Made by a program: the position numbers and the translations under genes. A stretch of DNA of 64,000 nt from Lytechinus pictus (Eukaryota), in assembly GCF_037042905.1 (NCBI RefSeq), contig NC_087245.1:26662001-26726000 (forward strand), in the 5' to 3' direction. The notes beneath the pieces are model-generated. The model was given only the letters and a program-made list of their open reading frames with translations. It did no database searches and was not told the DNA's origin. This document shows positions 13,988-26,516 of this stretch, one piece after another. Position 1 is the first letter of the stretch, and each line of letters opens with the position of its first letter.

Positions 13988-14447
13988 AACTGATGTCGTT
14001 CTTGATGGGATTGAAGAAGGCCGGATGCTAGCTACACCAAGTGACGATAATTTGAATGACAAACACGGTTGTCCTGCCTACGTTAGTCCAGAAATACTTC
14101 TCACCAATGGTAGCTACTCTGGTAAAGCTGCAGACATGTGGAGCCTGGGCGTCATTCTCTACACCATGTTGGTGGGGCGTTACCCATTCCATGATTCCGA
14201 TCCCGTCTCTCTCTTTACCAAAATCCGTCTTGGACAGTACAATGTTCCCGATTCCCTCTCCACCCAGGCCAAGTCAATGATTTACAGCCTGATGCGGGTG
14301 AGTCCTACTGAGAGACTTACAGCCGAGGAAGTCCTTGAGCATCCCTGGTTTCGAACCACCAGTCAGAAGTCATCAAGGAAATCAGAACCTAAGATGGTGG
14401 ATCAACTTGTTCCAGATTTTTTTTCTACAGATGATGATCTGACATAG
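13988..14447 (+). CDS. TRIB2: Tribbles pseudokinase, coding exon 3 (spliced CDS 1008 nt, 335 aa)
   Basis: Acceptor TTCAG|. Encodes DKHGCPAYVSPE, YSGKAADMWSLG, the MEK-binding LEHPWF and the COP1-binding DQLVPD, then a TAG stop. Phases join with exon 2. Confidence 0.95.
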
Positions 14448-17400
14448 TATTTGATTTGTTATTCATTTTACCATTTCAGTTCTTATAGATTTGATTGTAC
14501 AGTAGTGGGATATAATTTGTTTCCCCCCATTTCTTTTCTTGATGTGATATTAACAAGTCTAAATGTCTTAATATACCTGTATGGGCACCGACTGGTAGTT
14601 GTTCAATTGGTATTCCTTTGATTTATCAGTCATGTGATTTTATTATGTCAAAGAGTTGATTTACCTAATCTTTTTTTAATCAGAAATTTAGTTAAATGTG
14701 CATCAGAATATAATAGGCTATAAATTGATATAGCCATTCACAAAACATTTTCTACTTTAGGGTTATTACTCTTGATTGATTTCTGTAGACCTGAATTTAA
14801 AGGTAAATGCTAGTTTTGGTAACGATATCAAAATGAGTTCGTACAGAATCCAATGAAATGACCACCAAAGTGTCTGTTTGTATAAATAAAACGCATGTGC
14901 CAAAGGATTCTGGAAGAAATTGTGTAATTGCTGAGAAATCAGCAAATAAGCACAGGATTCGGGTAGAGCGTCGGGCCCGACGCTCAAAGCAATAATTATA
15001 CGCTGTCCCACGTGCGCTTATCTGTGTTGGGGAAGTTCAGTCTGAACATTTTTCAGCGTAGATTTCAAGATTTCACAAAGTTCAGTTTATGTAACTGTAC
15101 CAGATCTAGATCCTCGATGATATACTGACAATTAAGCCTGGTTTTACAGACTTTCTCATGAAATCAGTGTTTACTGCAACTACTGGAATTTCTCTTTAAA
15201 TGAATGATATGTACCCACAATCCATTCAGACCTATAGCCAAGATCAATCTGACTAGGGTCCTGTGTGTGCCCCCCCTCAGGTGGTCATCTGTACCATTTG
15301 TTTTGTAGATTGTTGATATGCATTCATAAAATTTGTAAGAAACATGTTTATGAAAGAAGAAAAAAAATTAATTACCCTGACTGATAGGATGTTAGAATAT
15401 CCTCTAAAATATTTTGTTTTTTCTAATATGATTCACATTATTGAACCTTTACCAAAGATTTCAAGACAAACATGTAATATTAATTTTCAGTCATAAGATT
15501 GTGTAAACCAAAAGCTTCAGTCTCGATTGGTTGTTCCACTGAACTATGTTGGCTAGACTATGTAAAACTGTCAGAAATTGTTAAATGAATCCCCAGAAAA
15601 GATGGTTATTCCTGTCTACAGACTGCATTGGTGGAGAAACCACTTCATGGCAAAAGATCAACTCAATTCCGGCAAAATATTTTCAGAAAGGACCTATTGG
15701 ATAAAACTACGAGACAATGTGTTTTTTATTCAACATTACCCAAAGGAACTGTGTTTCTTAACCAATCAAGGCCTGTATGTTGTCAGGATCTGACAACCTT
15801 TCTTTATTTTGATTTGCTGAGAAGCAATGTTAGTACATGGTAATTGTCAGGTAAAATGGAATATGTCAGATGAATAATCCGACGTCCTTTCATGAAACGC
15901 TCCCATGATTTACAATATCAAGGTATAAAAATATATATATATATATACAGCCTCCAGTGGTATATTAAATTTAAATTCCATGCTTTGGTTGCAGTTTTAT
16001 CTACAAGCAGCGTACTGAGTTGTCCTAAAAATTTTCTCTTTTTTTCTTGATGGTGAGGCTTTGAGGGGTGATCCAGAATTAATGGGTTTGGTGCATTTTT
16101 ATTTTAAAAACTCAGTGGATAATTTACAGAAAGCATTGTAAAATGCAGTGTACTGTTGAAGCTTTTGATTAGAATGAAAAACATTGAGCATCTGTGTTCC
16201 TTATTCCCTGTCAGGCAATAATAGGCATAGAGATACTCTCTGTGCTATTCAGATATGTGTCGGCACATGCACAAGAGGTGTGTAGAGGATGGTCCGTAGA
16301 ATGCACTCATCAAACAAGTTTGTAATTATTCTTCAGAAAGTTGCTAAATTTGCAAAGCATGGAGAATGAAAATGTTAGTACTAGTGATAATTGAATAGAA
16401 TTGCATCATTTCCATCTGATGAAATTTTGCATTTGATGAGTCTATTATGATGCATGTATGTTTATTCATTTAGATTTTCACTTTATGTAATGACCTAGGC
16501 ATGTGCAAGCTATGCTCCTAGAGATTTGTGCATTCATTGTTTGCGGAATGGCTTCAGGCAGGCTCTGAAAAAAAAGTACTTGTTGATATAGTGAATGTGA
16601 TTGTGATCTAAAATTTGTAAAGTGCTGTATGATATGTCCATGTGACATTAGATGAAATATATTGAATTGTGCTAATAAAGGAAAAACAGAGTGTCCCAGA
16701 AAAAAGATCTTCAGTTGAAGCCACTGGTATGAATGTTGATGGGGTACAACATAGGGGCAGGGATTTTGCCCCTTTGATTTTTTTTTGGGGGGGCCTTTCA
16801 AATTAGCCTGGTACATATTGTTACTGTATGAATGATACGTAATGCATGAGAAGATGAAGACAAGGTAGGAAAACCAAGCAGTCCTTAGCCCTTGGCCAGA
16901 TGTATGTGAACGTCTGAGAAATACTTTTTTTTCTGGTACACACTGTATTTCTAGAATGCATGACTTATTCTTATCCAAAGATGAGAGTAATTATGCATGA
17001 TTAAGGAATACTGAACTGATGTTACATGTAGATTTATTTGAGATTCAATATGTACCAATCTTTGTAGCAATGCTACCTTCCCATCTTCTTACAAGTTACA
17101 AATTTTGTTATGGGAGGTGAGGAAATTAATGATTGCTTTATCCATCATGAATAGAGATGCTCATGGCACAGTAAAGAAAGAAAAAAAGGAAATGAAACAA
17201 ATAAGCATGATAAAGAGGGGTGATCATTATTATTATTATTTTGGTTCAGGGGAATAGGGATGAGCATACTATGGCTCCAGTCAGTTGGAATCTCGACTAA
17301 AGCACCTTTACACACTCAAACATAGTTTTGAACTTGAGTTGTATTAATATCAGAATATCAGCTTTATGCAAACCAATTTCCTCTATCTGAATACCATAAG

Positions 17401-19801
17401 GAACAGGAATTGCATTTAGAGCAGAGCAATTGCTTGTTTCAAGAGAAGAATGTTGTAATGGGAGTGATATTGGGTAGTAATTGATTGTGAAATGGCCAAA
17501 GTCAAATACAGGTGTCTTTCCTAAAAAAGTGTACTTCTGTCAAGCCAGGAGTATGGTTTCAGGGGACAAAGGAGCAGATGAAACATGCAAATCACAGTGC
17601 TCTAAACACATTCACAATGATGATTGGTGCTAACTGCTAAAGCTTTGAGGATTTATCTTTGAAGCTTTATCATTTAATCAAATTAGTATCAACATGTACT
17701 TAACTTTATTTACAGCCCCCCATCACCTGTCCTGGCGAGTGGCGAACCACCTGAAAGTATATAGTATTTGATCCTGTTTGGTCTTAACATTTTTTCATAT
17801 ACTTCTTGTTGCCTATACAAATTATTGGAATCATATCACTGCCACAACAGATGCTGTATATTCTAAATATTATATGATTTGTTTATTCTAGAAAGTATAT
17901 GATTTTTTTTCAATTCAATAGTGTTTGACTTTTGTTGGTTTGTACATGTACTTCATAGATTTACATGTATGATCTAATTGTTTGTAAATTTGTTTGATTT
18001 GTATGTTTTGTTTATTATTTCAAATTCTTTATACTTTACAAAGAGAGAATTGTGCTTTTTTCATTAAATTGTTCGTGTTGAGTTGAAGTGTTGAGATACT
18101 CTTTGATTCCATTAAACACTTTGAATATTAATTCATTACACAGGCAGAGAATAACACATGCCTTAAGGTCAGGCAAACTAATGGCGTCTCCAACCCAAGA
18201 TGGGAACTACCTAATTTGCATAAACAGAATGTCTAGTCATCGAGCATAGCGTACATTCATATCAATACATATTGAATAAGGGGAATAATGAAGCCTTCAT
18301 AGTGTAATAACCAAAATATCAGTGATACATTTTAAATCAGTGTGTTTATTCTAAATGAACTGCAGTGCAGTAGATGTACTTTACTTTTACAGTAAACAAA
18401 GCTTTCCATATCTATTCATTAAGGAAAAAAGAATCTGAAATATTGAGCTTCATTTATATTTTCCTTTGTTATTCCCTTGTTTTTACCACACTGTGACCCC
18501 TTCAAAAGAAACCAATGATTATTGTTCTATAGTCATGCCTATAATTTTGAATAAATGACACATACATTTATGAAAAGTTTATAACATCTCTGCGTCTGTT
18601 ACCACTTGTGTGAATACATGTAACTACATACATGTACAATGGCCTGCATACTTAACTTTGATTTAAACTCTGATCTAACGTTGAGGGTTAAATCTGGATA
18701 GCTAATGTGACACTAATTTTTAACAGTAGAGGTTTAAAGCGCCAATAATATTTTGATGCCCAATGCATTCATAACTGTCATAATTACTATAATAATAGCT
18801 GAAATGTTTTTATTCATCATAAAAACTTACATGTAAGGAAAAAATATCGTACAAATAAAAAAATTGACATTTTTGGCTTCCCATAATTTAAGCAGAGTTG
18901 GAGACCATGGAGACCATTAAGCCTGTACATGCACCCCCTTCCTATCTGTGCCCAAAGGGTGGGGGGGGGGAAGGAGACCACTGCCATCGAAGAGTGGAAA
19001 GCATCTGCGAGAAGAAAAAGGGGTGTTGGGGGGTAGGTGCAGAATGCACTTGCAAGGTAAAAAAAAATGCTAAGAATGAGACCCCCCCCAAAAAAAAAAA
19101 CTATGATAATCTAAAGCGCAAACTCCCAAGAATTTGAATATACAGGGCATTGTGCTTGTGCGGAAATGGGAATATCTTATTGGGATTATGTGCAAATGAT
19201 TAATGGAAATGTGAAATCCTGGTTTAGGGCATGCAGATTAAGGATATCTGCACAAAACCTGCATTTAGAGTGTCTGGTTTAGGGTGCTTTTTCAGGAAAA
19301 TTCTTGTGGATGCTGCACCCCCCTTTGCCAAACTAGATGGAATGTAGATTTGCGAAAATGATACCAATTACAATTTCTGATAGATCAACAACTTTTAAGA
19401 TCAGCCCTAGTCCAGTTTTCTGCCCTTTAATAAGACACCTCAATCATGCTAAAAGTGAGCAAGGAACAACAAAGGTCCGTTTGTTAAATGTTAGTATCTT
19501 GTTAATTTTTCAGTTAACTTGAAGAGGGAGTAAATTTAGAATTCAAACTCCGATTGTTATTATAGCAGGCAGTCCTGCAATAAAAACCCCTTTGTTTATA
19601 AAATCACTGAAAAGCAAGCGTCACTCTTAATAAAATATTCTCATTTTTAATATGGAATTTTCTTCATCAAGGAGTATTGAAGAGCAGAAATTGAAAGTCA
19701 TGGAAATATGATCCTGACTTTGAAATTCAGATAACCCCATACACCAATTGGAATTTGGTACCATTTCTATTTCAATTAATTAGATCTCTCAAATGTTTTA
19801 A

Positions 19802-20390
19802 AGGTCAAGTCCACCCCAGAGAAATGTTGACTTGAATAAATAGAGAAAAACCAAACAAGCATAATGCTGAAAATTTGATCAAAATCAGATGTAAAATAAG
19901 AAAGTTGACATTTTAAAGTTTCGCTTATTTTTCACAAAAACAGTTATATGCACAACTCAGTGGCATGCAAATGAGTGAGTCGATGATGTCTATCACTCAC
20001 TATTTCTTTTGTTTTTTCTTGTTTGATTTATACAATATTTCAATTTTTACCAATTTGACAGCAAGGACCAACTTAGCTGAACCATAAAATGTTATAACAA
20101 TGGTAGTGCCACAAGTTTAGGGAGGAATAAAACTTTGTTTCACAGGACAATGAGAAAATTAGAATATTTCATATAATAAAATACAAAAGAAATAGTGAGT
20201 GCTGTCATCAGTCCCCTCATTTGCATACCGACCAGGATGTGCAAATAACTGTTTTGTGAAATTAAGCGAAACTTTAAAATGTCATAACTTTCTTATTTTA
20301 CATCCGATTTGGATGAAATTTTCAGTATTATGCTTTTTGGATTTCTCTCTTTATATTCAAATCAACTTTTTGTTGGGGTGGACTTGTCCT
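19802..20390. mobile_element. TTAA-flanked MITE (Kolobok-like), copy 2
   Basis: TTAA|AGGTCAAGTCCACCCC ... GGGGTGGACTTGTCCT|TTAA. Confidence 0.85.
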
Positions 20391-20696
20391 TTAAGTATGC
20401 CTAAAATGAAAGAGAAAGGTACAAGCATTACAAATATGTGTCATGTATATCACGATTGTGATTGAGGTATGACAAACATCAATATTTTTATTTTTGTCTG
20501 GGATGGACTGCATATTTGATGAACAAATTCTACCACTACAGCAAAATATGAGTAGGCCTACAAATACAAAGGAGAAAATATGAAATATAGATGAAGTCCG
20601 GTTTATTGTAAAAAAAAAATCACCAAAGTCCTAATGAAGAATAAAAAGGTCCATTTCACAATTAAAGTCAGGCTTAAGTGTGCACAAGATATCTAA

Positions 20697-21105
20697 AGGC
20701 CACCGCACACCTTACGACTGTTCGCGATCCGATTTTGGAACAAATCGCATTTTGCTCATTTTCTGAAAATGTGAATGGAACATAATTTCATTTGAGGTTG
20801 AAATTAATTGAATGAATACTAAAATAACCATTTTGAAAGATTGCAAGCCTTTATTTTGGAGTAAAGGCCAAATTAGTTTCAAATCGTAGCCAATCGTACG
20901 ACTGCTATGACGTCATTACGACTAGATATTAAATTCGCTTTTATTGTAAGAAGGATGATAGCATAGTCACAGATTTGAATATAGGTATTCGTACGATGAT
21001 TTAGAACATTACACAGTAAGATATTCCAAGTCTCAATATTAGCATCACATTCTATTACATTTTATTCTGAAATCGGGTCGCAGACCAATCGTAAGGTGTG
21101 CCTTA
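20697..21105. mobile_element. MITE with inverted termini
   Basis: GCACACCTTACGA...CGCGATCCGATTT at the left end mirrors AAATCGGGTCGC...TCGTAAGGTGTGC at the right end. Ends in TTAA. Confidence 0.6.
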
Positions 21106-22910
21106 ATGTGTACTCTCATTGATTAATATGCAGCAGAATATACCACCTGAGGATGACCTAGCCAGATAGCCTATACAGTGATGTGTTTATCACACAACTA
21201 GAAATATAAAACTATTTCAGTCGCACTAGCAGATACGAACCAATAACGCCATCTCGAGTCCTCAACTACTCATACCTGGTCAGTTTCCTGACCCATAATG
21301 CTAGTGTAGTCTAATAATATAGACCCACTTGAATAATAACATGTTAATTAAATCAATACACTTATACTGCAATAATTATGTTACCAAGTAGCAAAACAAT
21401 TGCTTTTCCGCTCAAAACATTTTAGTTTCTCTATACAAATACAATTATAGGTCAATTTATTATCTGTAGTATTAGTACCTATTTGAAAACGTATATTTTA
21501 AGACTATGTATTTATAACACACAGTCAATGAGATACGACAGACAGTTCACTCCCCCTTTAAATCCTTGTGCAAATACCTCCACATTTATTTTAAGTGATT
21601 TTTAAACTTAGTCTTTCTACAAAGTGGAAGTACGAATATGGATGGGATTTCACTTCAGTATGAAACTACTGAAACTAAAATGTATAATTTTCAATTAAAT
21701 TGAAATTAGTCGACCCTAAATGACATTTCACCTTGGTCACGTGATCTGACTCGTGTTCAGTGATGACCATTACCCTTGTGTCATATTTTCATGAACTAGA
21801 TCAATAAACTCACAAAGTTATGATGACATAAAAAATTAACCTTGGTTAAGATTTCAATGATGATGACACCATTGGAAAAGCAGCGTCTATAGTGTCGCTC
21901 TGCTAAGCAGGCGAGACAAAAATTAGAATTAATCAATAAATAATACAAGGGGAAATATTAAGATCTGAGATGGAGCGAAATTAAATTATTCAGTGTATGG
22001 CTAACATAATGTGATCTAACCATAGCTATTTATCAATTGCCAAAACAACAAAAGACAATCTCTTAGAAAACTAAGTAAAAATTACATACTCTAAAAGATG
22101 AAATTAAAATGTTAAGTTGAAATGAAATTGACAGTCTGTACTCTGTAATCCCTTCCATGATTATGTTATGGCAGTATCAATTTAAAACGAGAAATCATTC
22201 AATAATTTAAAAGAACATCGCTACATAATTTCATGTAGAATATTGCACAAAATAGGAATATCTAGAATATATTACTAGTACTACCTCCACAAGTTGCCAC
22301 AGTTGCATAATAAAAATCCATATTTTGCACACTACCCCCAAATCTAAGTCAGGAGGCTACAATATTTACCATAGTCCATACTCTTCCACGTTTCCTTAGT
22401 AACCTGTACAAGAAATGAAGGCAACAATCCTCCATATTCCACCCCGACACTTTCATCTAAGTGCAAATGCGCAGTTACTGTTCATATGTGAAAAAGACAT
22501 GCATGTTGTAATAATACATCACAAATAAGAATACAAATACTTGAATAAATAAACTGCAATCAGAGGATATTAGAAGACAAAGACATGCAAATTACTACAA
22601 TCTATCAGCGGAAATGACATATAACATGCAGCTGTACGTAATGATTAAAGCTGCTCTTTAAAGAATCATGTTGCCTATGTGACAAGAGTCAGGACAGTAT
22701 GATATTGTTGCAGGCATCATATTTCATTTTCCCCTGAAGGCCTGTCAAAATGTTTACCAGATGCATTAAATAGTCAAATGATCATGACTAACATTGTATA
22801 AACCTTCATATTGACTTATGATTTTCAAATGAAGAAAGGGTATTTAAACTTGGATACCATGTTTTTAATTCTCTTACTTTCCAATCATTTGTAAATGGAA
22901 TTAAGCTTAA

Positions 22911-23513
22911 AGGTCAAGTCCACCCCAGAAAATTGCTGATTTGAATTGATAGAGAAAAATCAGACAAACATAATGCGGCAAATTTCATCGAAATCGGATG
23001 TGAAATAAGAAAGTTATGACATTTTAAAGTTTCGCTTATTTTTCACAAAACAGTTAAATGCACGACTCAGCGATATGCAAATGAGAGAGTTGATGATGTC
23101 CATCACTCACTATTTCTTTTGTTTTTTATTGTTTGAATAATACAATATTTCAATTTTTACAGATTTGACAATAAGGACCAACTTAACTTAACCATAAACT
23201 GTTAAAATGATGGTAATTCCACATGTTCAGGGAGAAATAAAACTTCTTTTCACTTGATAAAGAGGAGAAAATTAGAATATTTCATATTTCATATAATAAA
23301 ATACAAAAGAAATAGTGAGTGGGTGACGTCATCAGTCTGCCAATTTGCATACCGACCAGGATGTGCATATTACTGTTTTGTGAAATTAAGCAAAACTTTA
23401 AAATGTCATAACTTTCTTATTTTACATCCGATTTTGATGAAATTTTCAGTGTTTTGCTTGTTGGATTTTCTCCTTTTTTTCAAATCAACGTTTTGTTGGG
23501 GTGGACTTGTCCT
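22911..23513. mobile_element. TTAA-flanked MITE (Kolobok-like), copy 3
   Basis: TTAA|AGGTCAAGTCCACCCC ... GGGGTGGACTTGTCCT|TTAA, collinear with copy 2. Confidence 0.85.
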
Positions 23514-24546
23514 TTAAGCTCAAGTGAAGAAGGGTGTATGCACTCAAAAACATCCCAAGGCAGATAAACATTTTTATCATGCAATAAGAGATAACAGTTG
23601 AACAGACATGATGATCTTCTAATTGGTTTGTCTGGCTAGGGATGTGGTGCCAACATGATTCAAAATGAATTAGGATAGCCAGTCAACAGGAAGGACAAGC
23701 TCCATGTTCCATTTTCAATGTAATATCTAAGAACACACGCATGTTCTTTTCTACGGGTCCCAAAGATGTTTTTTTTTATTAAGAGACATACATTCATTGA
23801 ACATTACTGCATTCCCTACTGTTTTTTCTATATAATAACTGTGAGGGTAGGTAGGGATGGAAAGTATACTGTGACTTTAACATTTGTGACCAGCCACCCA
23901 AAAACCAACAAAAAGTCTTCAAAAATGAATTTGGGAGATTTTCCTTGAGCTTGTTGAAATAGCACATCGCAAGCTTTGAAATACAACTTATCGAAATTGA
24001 TCAATAATCCTCACAAGTACTCTGATTGAATGGAAAAAAGGAGAAAATGAGGACTGAAGTTTGGGTCCACTATTAAAAGCATGTGATGTGGACATTGTTC
24101 ATTCTCAGTGAAACTCCCAGGCAGTCCATTAAAAAATGTCAAAACAACTCCTATCTTGGCTTTCATTCAACTTTGCAACTTTAGACTTTGACAGTATGGA
24201 GGAGACTTATTCTTATTCTAATTTTCTTATTTTTGCTTTTTGGAGACCAAACTTCTATTTTTGCTATTTACAGAGAACCTTTCCGGTGACTTATTGTTGG
24301 GTTTGGGCTGGCGTGTTAGGTGCCATATGCCTGGTCACTACTGTACTACTCATAAGTAAAATTTTGTGTTAGGCAAAACAAATGCTGGTCACATGTACAA
24401 TCTCAACCAATCAATTGATGAGGATTTTATTTACTATGGTTATTATGATAGGGTGGATAGGCTTTTTAGCAAACTGATTTTCGAAGAGGTCCACATTATT
24501 GTATTGTAGCTATATAAATATGCAGTCTCTCTAGAAATTATTACCA

Positions 24547-25182
24547 TCAAGTTTGCAATAGTAGGTACCTCTGTAGGCGTGCTGGAAGTGGTAACAGTTT
24601 TACAGCAGTAGGAAGATGGGTGTTGTTGAGGTGGTGCCTAATAGTATAACGACACAGCTGGCGTAATGACCGGGGATGGGAGCAAAGCTGCCATAGCATA
24701 TTGCATAAAGCCGTGTCATTTTGAATGGCGGAGGGGATCAAACCATCTTCGTCTCGAATGTCAAACTGACCGGTAGCACTGATAAGTAGATTTAGGCAAC
24801 TTTCTTCCTCTTCAACGTCGAGTCCCGCTCCAATCAAGGAAGCAACCCGGGAGATGGGGGATACTCCGTCGACACTTGACGTGTGGGTCTCCACACCGTA
24901 CTCCAGGAGCAACTGCACACACTCGTGGTTTCCCTTCATTGCTGCCCAGTTCAGTGGAGTGTTGCCATGGATATCTGGTATGTTGATGGATGCATTCTTT
25001 GAAAGAAGAGCCTGGACACACTCAACCTGGTTGCGGAAGGAAGCCCAATGAATGGCAGTCTCACCGTTGGCGTTAAGGGCATTTGGGTCAGCACCAGATT
25101 CCAGGAGAAGGCTTAGGCAGTCTACATCTTGTTCAGCAGCGTAATGAATAGCAGCTCGACCGTACCCATCAACAGCATTTAC
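24547..25182 (-). CDS. ASB8: Ankyrin repeat and SOCS box protein 8-like, last coding exon (spliced CDS 864 nt, 287 aa)
   Basis: VNAVDGYGRAAIHYAAE...ETAIHWASF...NTPLNWAAMKGN ankyrin repeats and a C-terminal SOCS box (SLRQLCRYTIR...LPLPARLQRYLLL), then TGA. Acceptor TACAAG|, phase 0. Confidence 0.92.
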   Translation of the reverse strand, partial: VNAVDGYGRAAIHYAAEQDVDCLSLLLESGADPNALNANGETAIHWASFRNQVECVQALLSKNASINIPDIHGNTPLNWAAMKGNHECVQLLLEYGVETHTSSVDGVSPISRVASLIGAGLDVEEEESCLNLLISATGQFDIRDEDGLIPSAIQNDTALCNMLWQLCSHPRSLRQLCRYTIRHHLNNTHLPTAVKLLPLPARLQRYLLLQT

Positions 25183-25471
25183 CTTGTAATGAAAGAATTA
25201 CCAAAGAAAATCATCCATTTATTGGGGTTTATTTCTGTTTTTGAATCAGCCCTAGTGCAAAGACTTTCAACTTATGACACTTCAAAGCTTCAGCTGATCA
25301 CATTAAAACTTTCTTTTCATATACTGTGATAGCTGAAAAAAAGTGAAATACATAGCTGACAAATTCAAACTAGACATTTCTCATCTAATTACAGTTTTAA
25401 ATGATGCAATTAATGTTAAAATACTGAGCGTACAGAATAAAAATACATTTTATTGAAAAGCTGCAACATAC

Positions 25472-25603
25472 CTCTGCACCGTGATCCAGAAGAAGCTTAA
25501 CATAATCATCCTCTCCTGTCATGCAAGCACAGTGTAGAGGTAGGAGGGTGCCATGCAACTGATTCACGTCGGCTCCTTCAGCGAGAACAGATTCTACAGA
25601 GTC
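25472..25603 (-). CDS. ASB8: ASB8-like, coding exon 2
   Basis: DSVESVLAEGADVNQLHGTLLPLHCACM...LLLDHGAE matches the ASB8 motif GADVN-HGTL-PLHCACM. Acceptor TGCAG|, donor GAG|GTATG. Confidence 0.92.
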
Positions 25604-26278
25604 CTGCATACACAGAAATAGAATGAAACCATCAAACAGCTGACAATGTACATTTTCCTTGTAGTTTTGTACAAAGAGGCTCTAACACATTTAGATGGTG
25701 ATTTGAAGTAGTTTGGTTATTCAACATGCTCAGACAGGTACAATGTACACTGAAGTTTTTTTTTAATACAGGCATATCGCGATCCTACATTAAAATTCAT
25801 TTCAATTGGGAACCAGACTACAATGAAAATAACCACATTTTTGTTTCTCCCATTTTTCTAAAATAAAATTCGTGTCAGATAATTTAGGCCCTATCAATAT
25901 TCCAGGGCTCAAATAAATCCAAGGCAATCAAAGGACATGGCTTCCGATGCCCACAGAAATGTCCTTGATGCCCTTTGCAGATTTAGAAGGCCAAAATAAT
26001 TTTTTGCCCTCATTAATTTGACTCAATGATTTTGCTTTCTATTCTGGTAGTTACATGTATGATTTAAATGGATTTTGTAAAATATTTTAAATTAAAACAT
26101 CACTTATTTTTTTAGTTTTCATGAAACATTGTCTGATTGTCATCCCATCACACAGTATAAAAGTGAAGAAAAAAGCAGTGTAAACAATTTTTTCATTATT
26201 TTTTTTAAATTCATTTTGTTATTTTTATTTTTCATTTTTATTTGGGGGGGGGGGGCTTGAACCCATAATTTTAGGTGA

Positions 26279-26400
26279 GACTTTGAGCATGACTTTGAGC
26301 ATGGACTTTGAGCATGACTTTGAGCATGACTTTGAGGCGTTTGAGCATGACTTTGAGCATGACTTTGAGCATGACTTTGAGCATGGACTTTGAGCATGAC
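26279..26400. repeat. 12-bp minisatellite (GACTTTGAGCAT)n, about 10 units, in an ASB8 intron
   Basis: Directly visible tandem array starting about 20 nt past the splice donor. Confidence 0.95.
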
Positions 26401-26420
26401 TGGAGAATAGGGGCCCTTAC

Positions 26421-26516
26421 CTTAGGTGATAGGGTCCAGCCGCTGATTGCTCTGATAAGCCTATCAGACAATGTAAATCGGTGCTGAGCCATAGCAAAGC
26501 AGTGGTACATGCTCAT
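26421..26516 (-). CDS. ASB8: ASB8-like, coding exon 1
   Basis: MSMYHCFAMAQHRFTLSDRLIRAISGWTLSPK resembles the ASB8 N-terminal SLSERLIRTIA. Donor AAG|GTAAGG. A strong polypyrimidine/TAG acceptor before 26542 implies an upstream non-coding exon. Confidence 0.88.
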
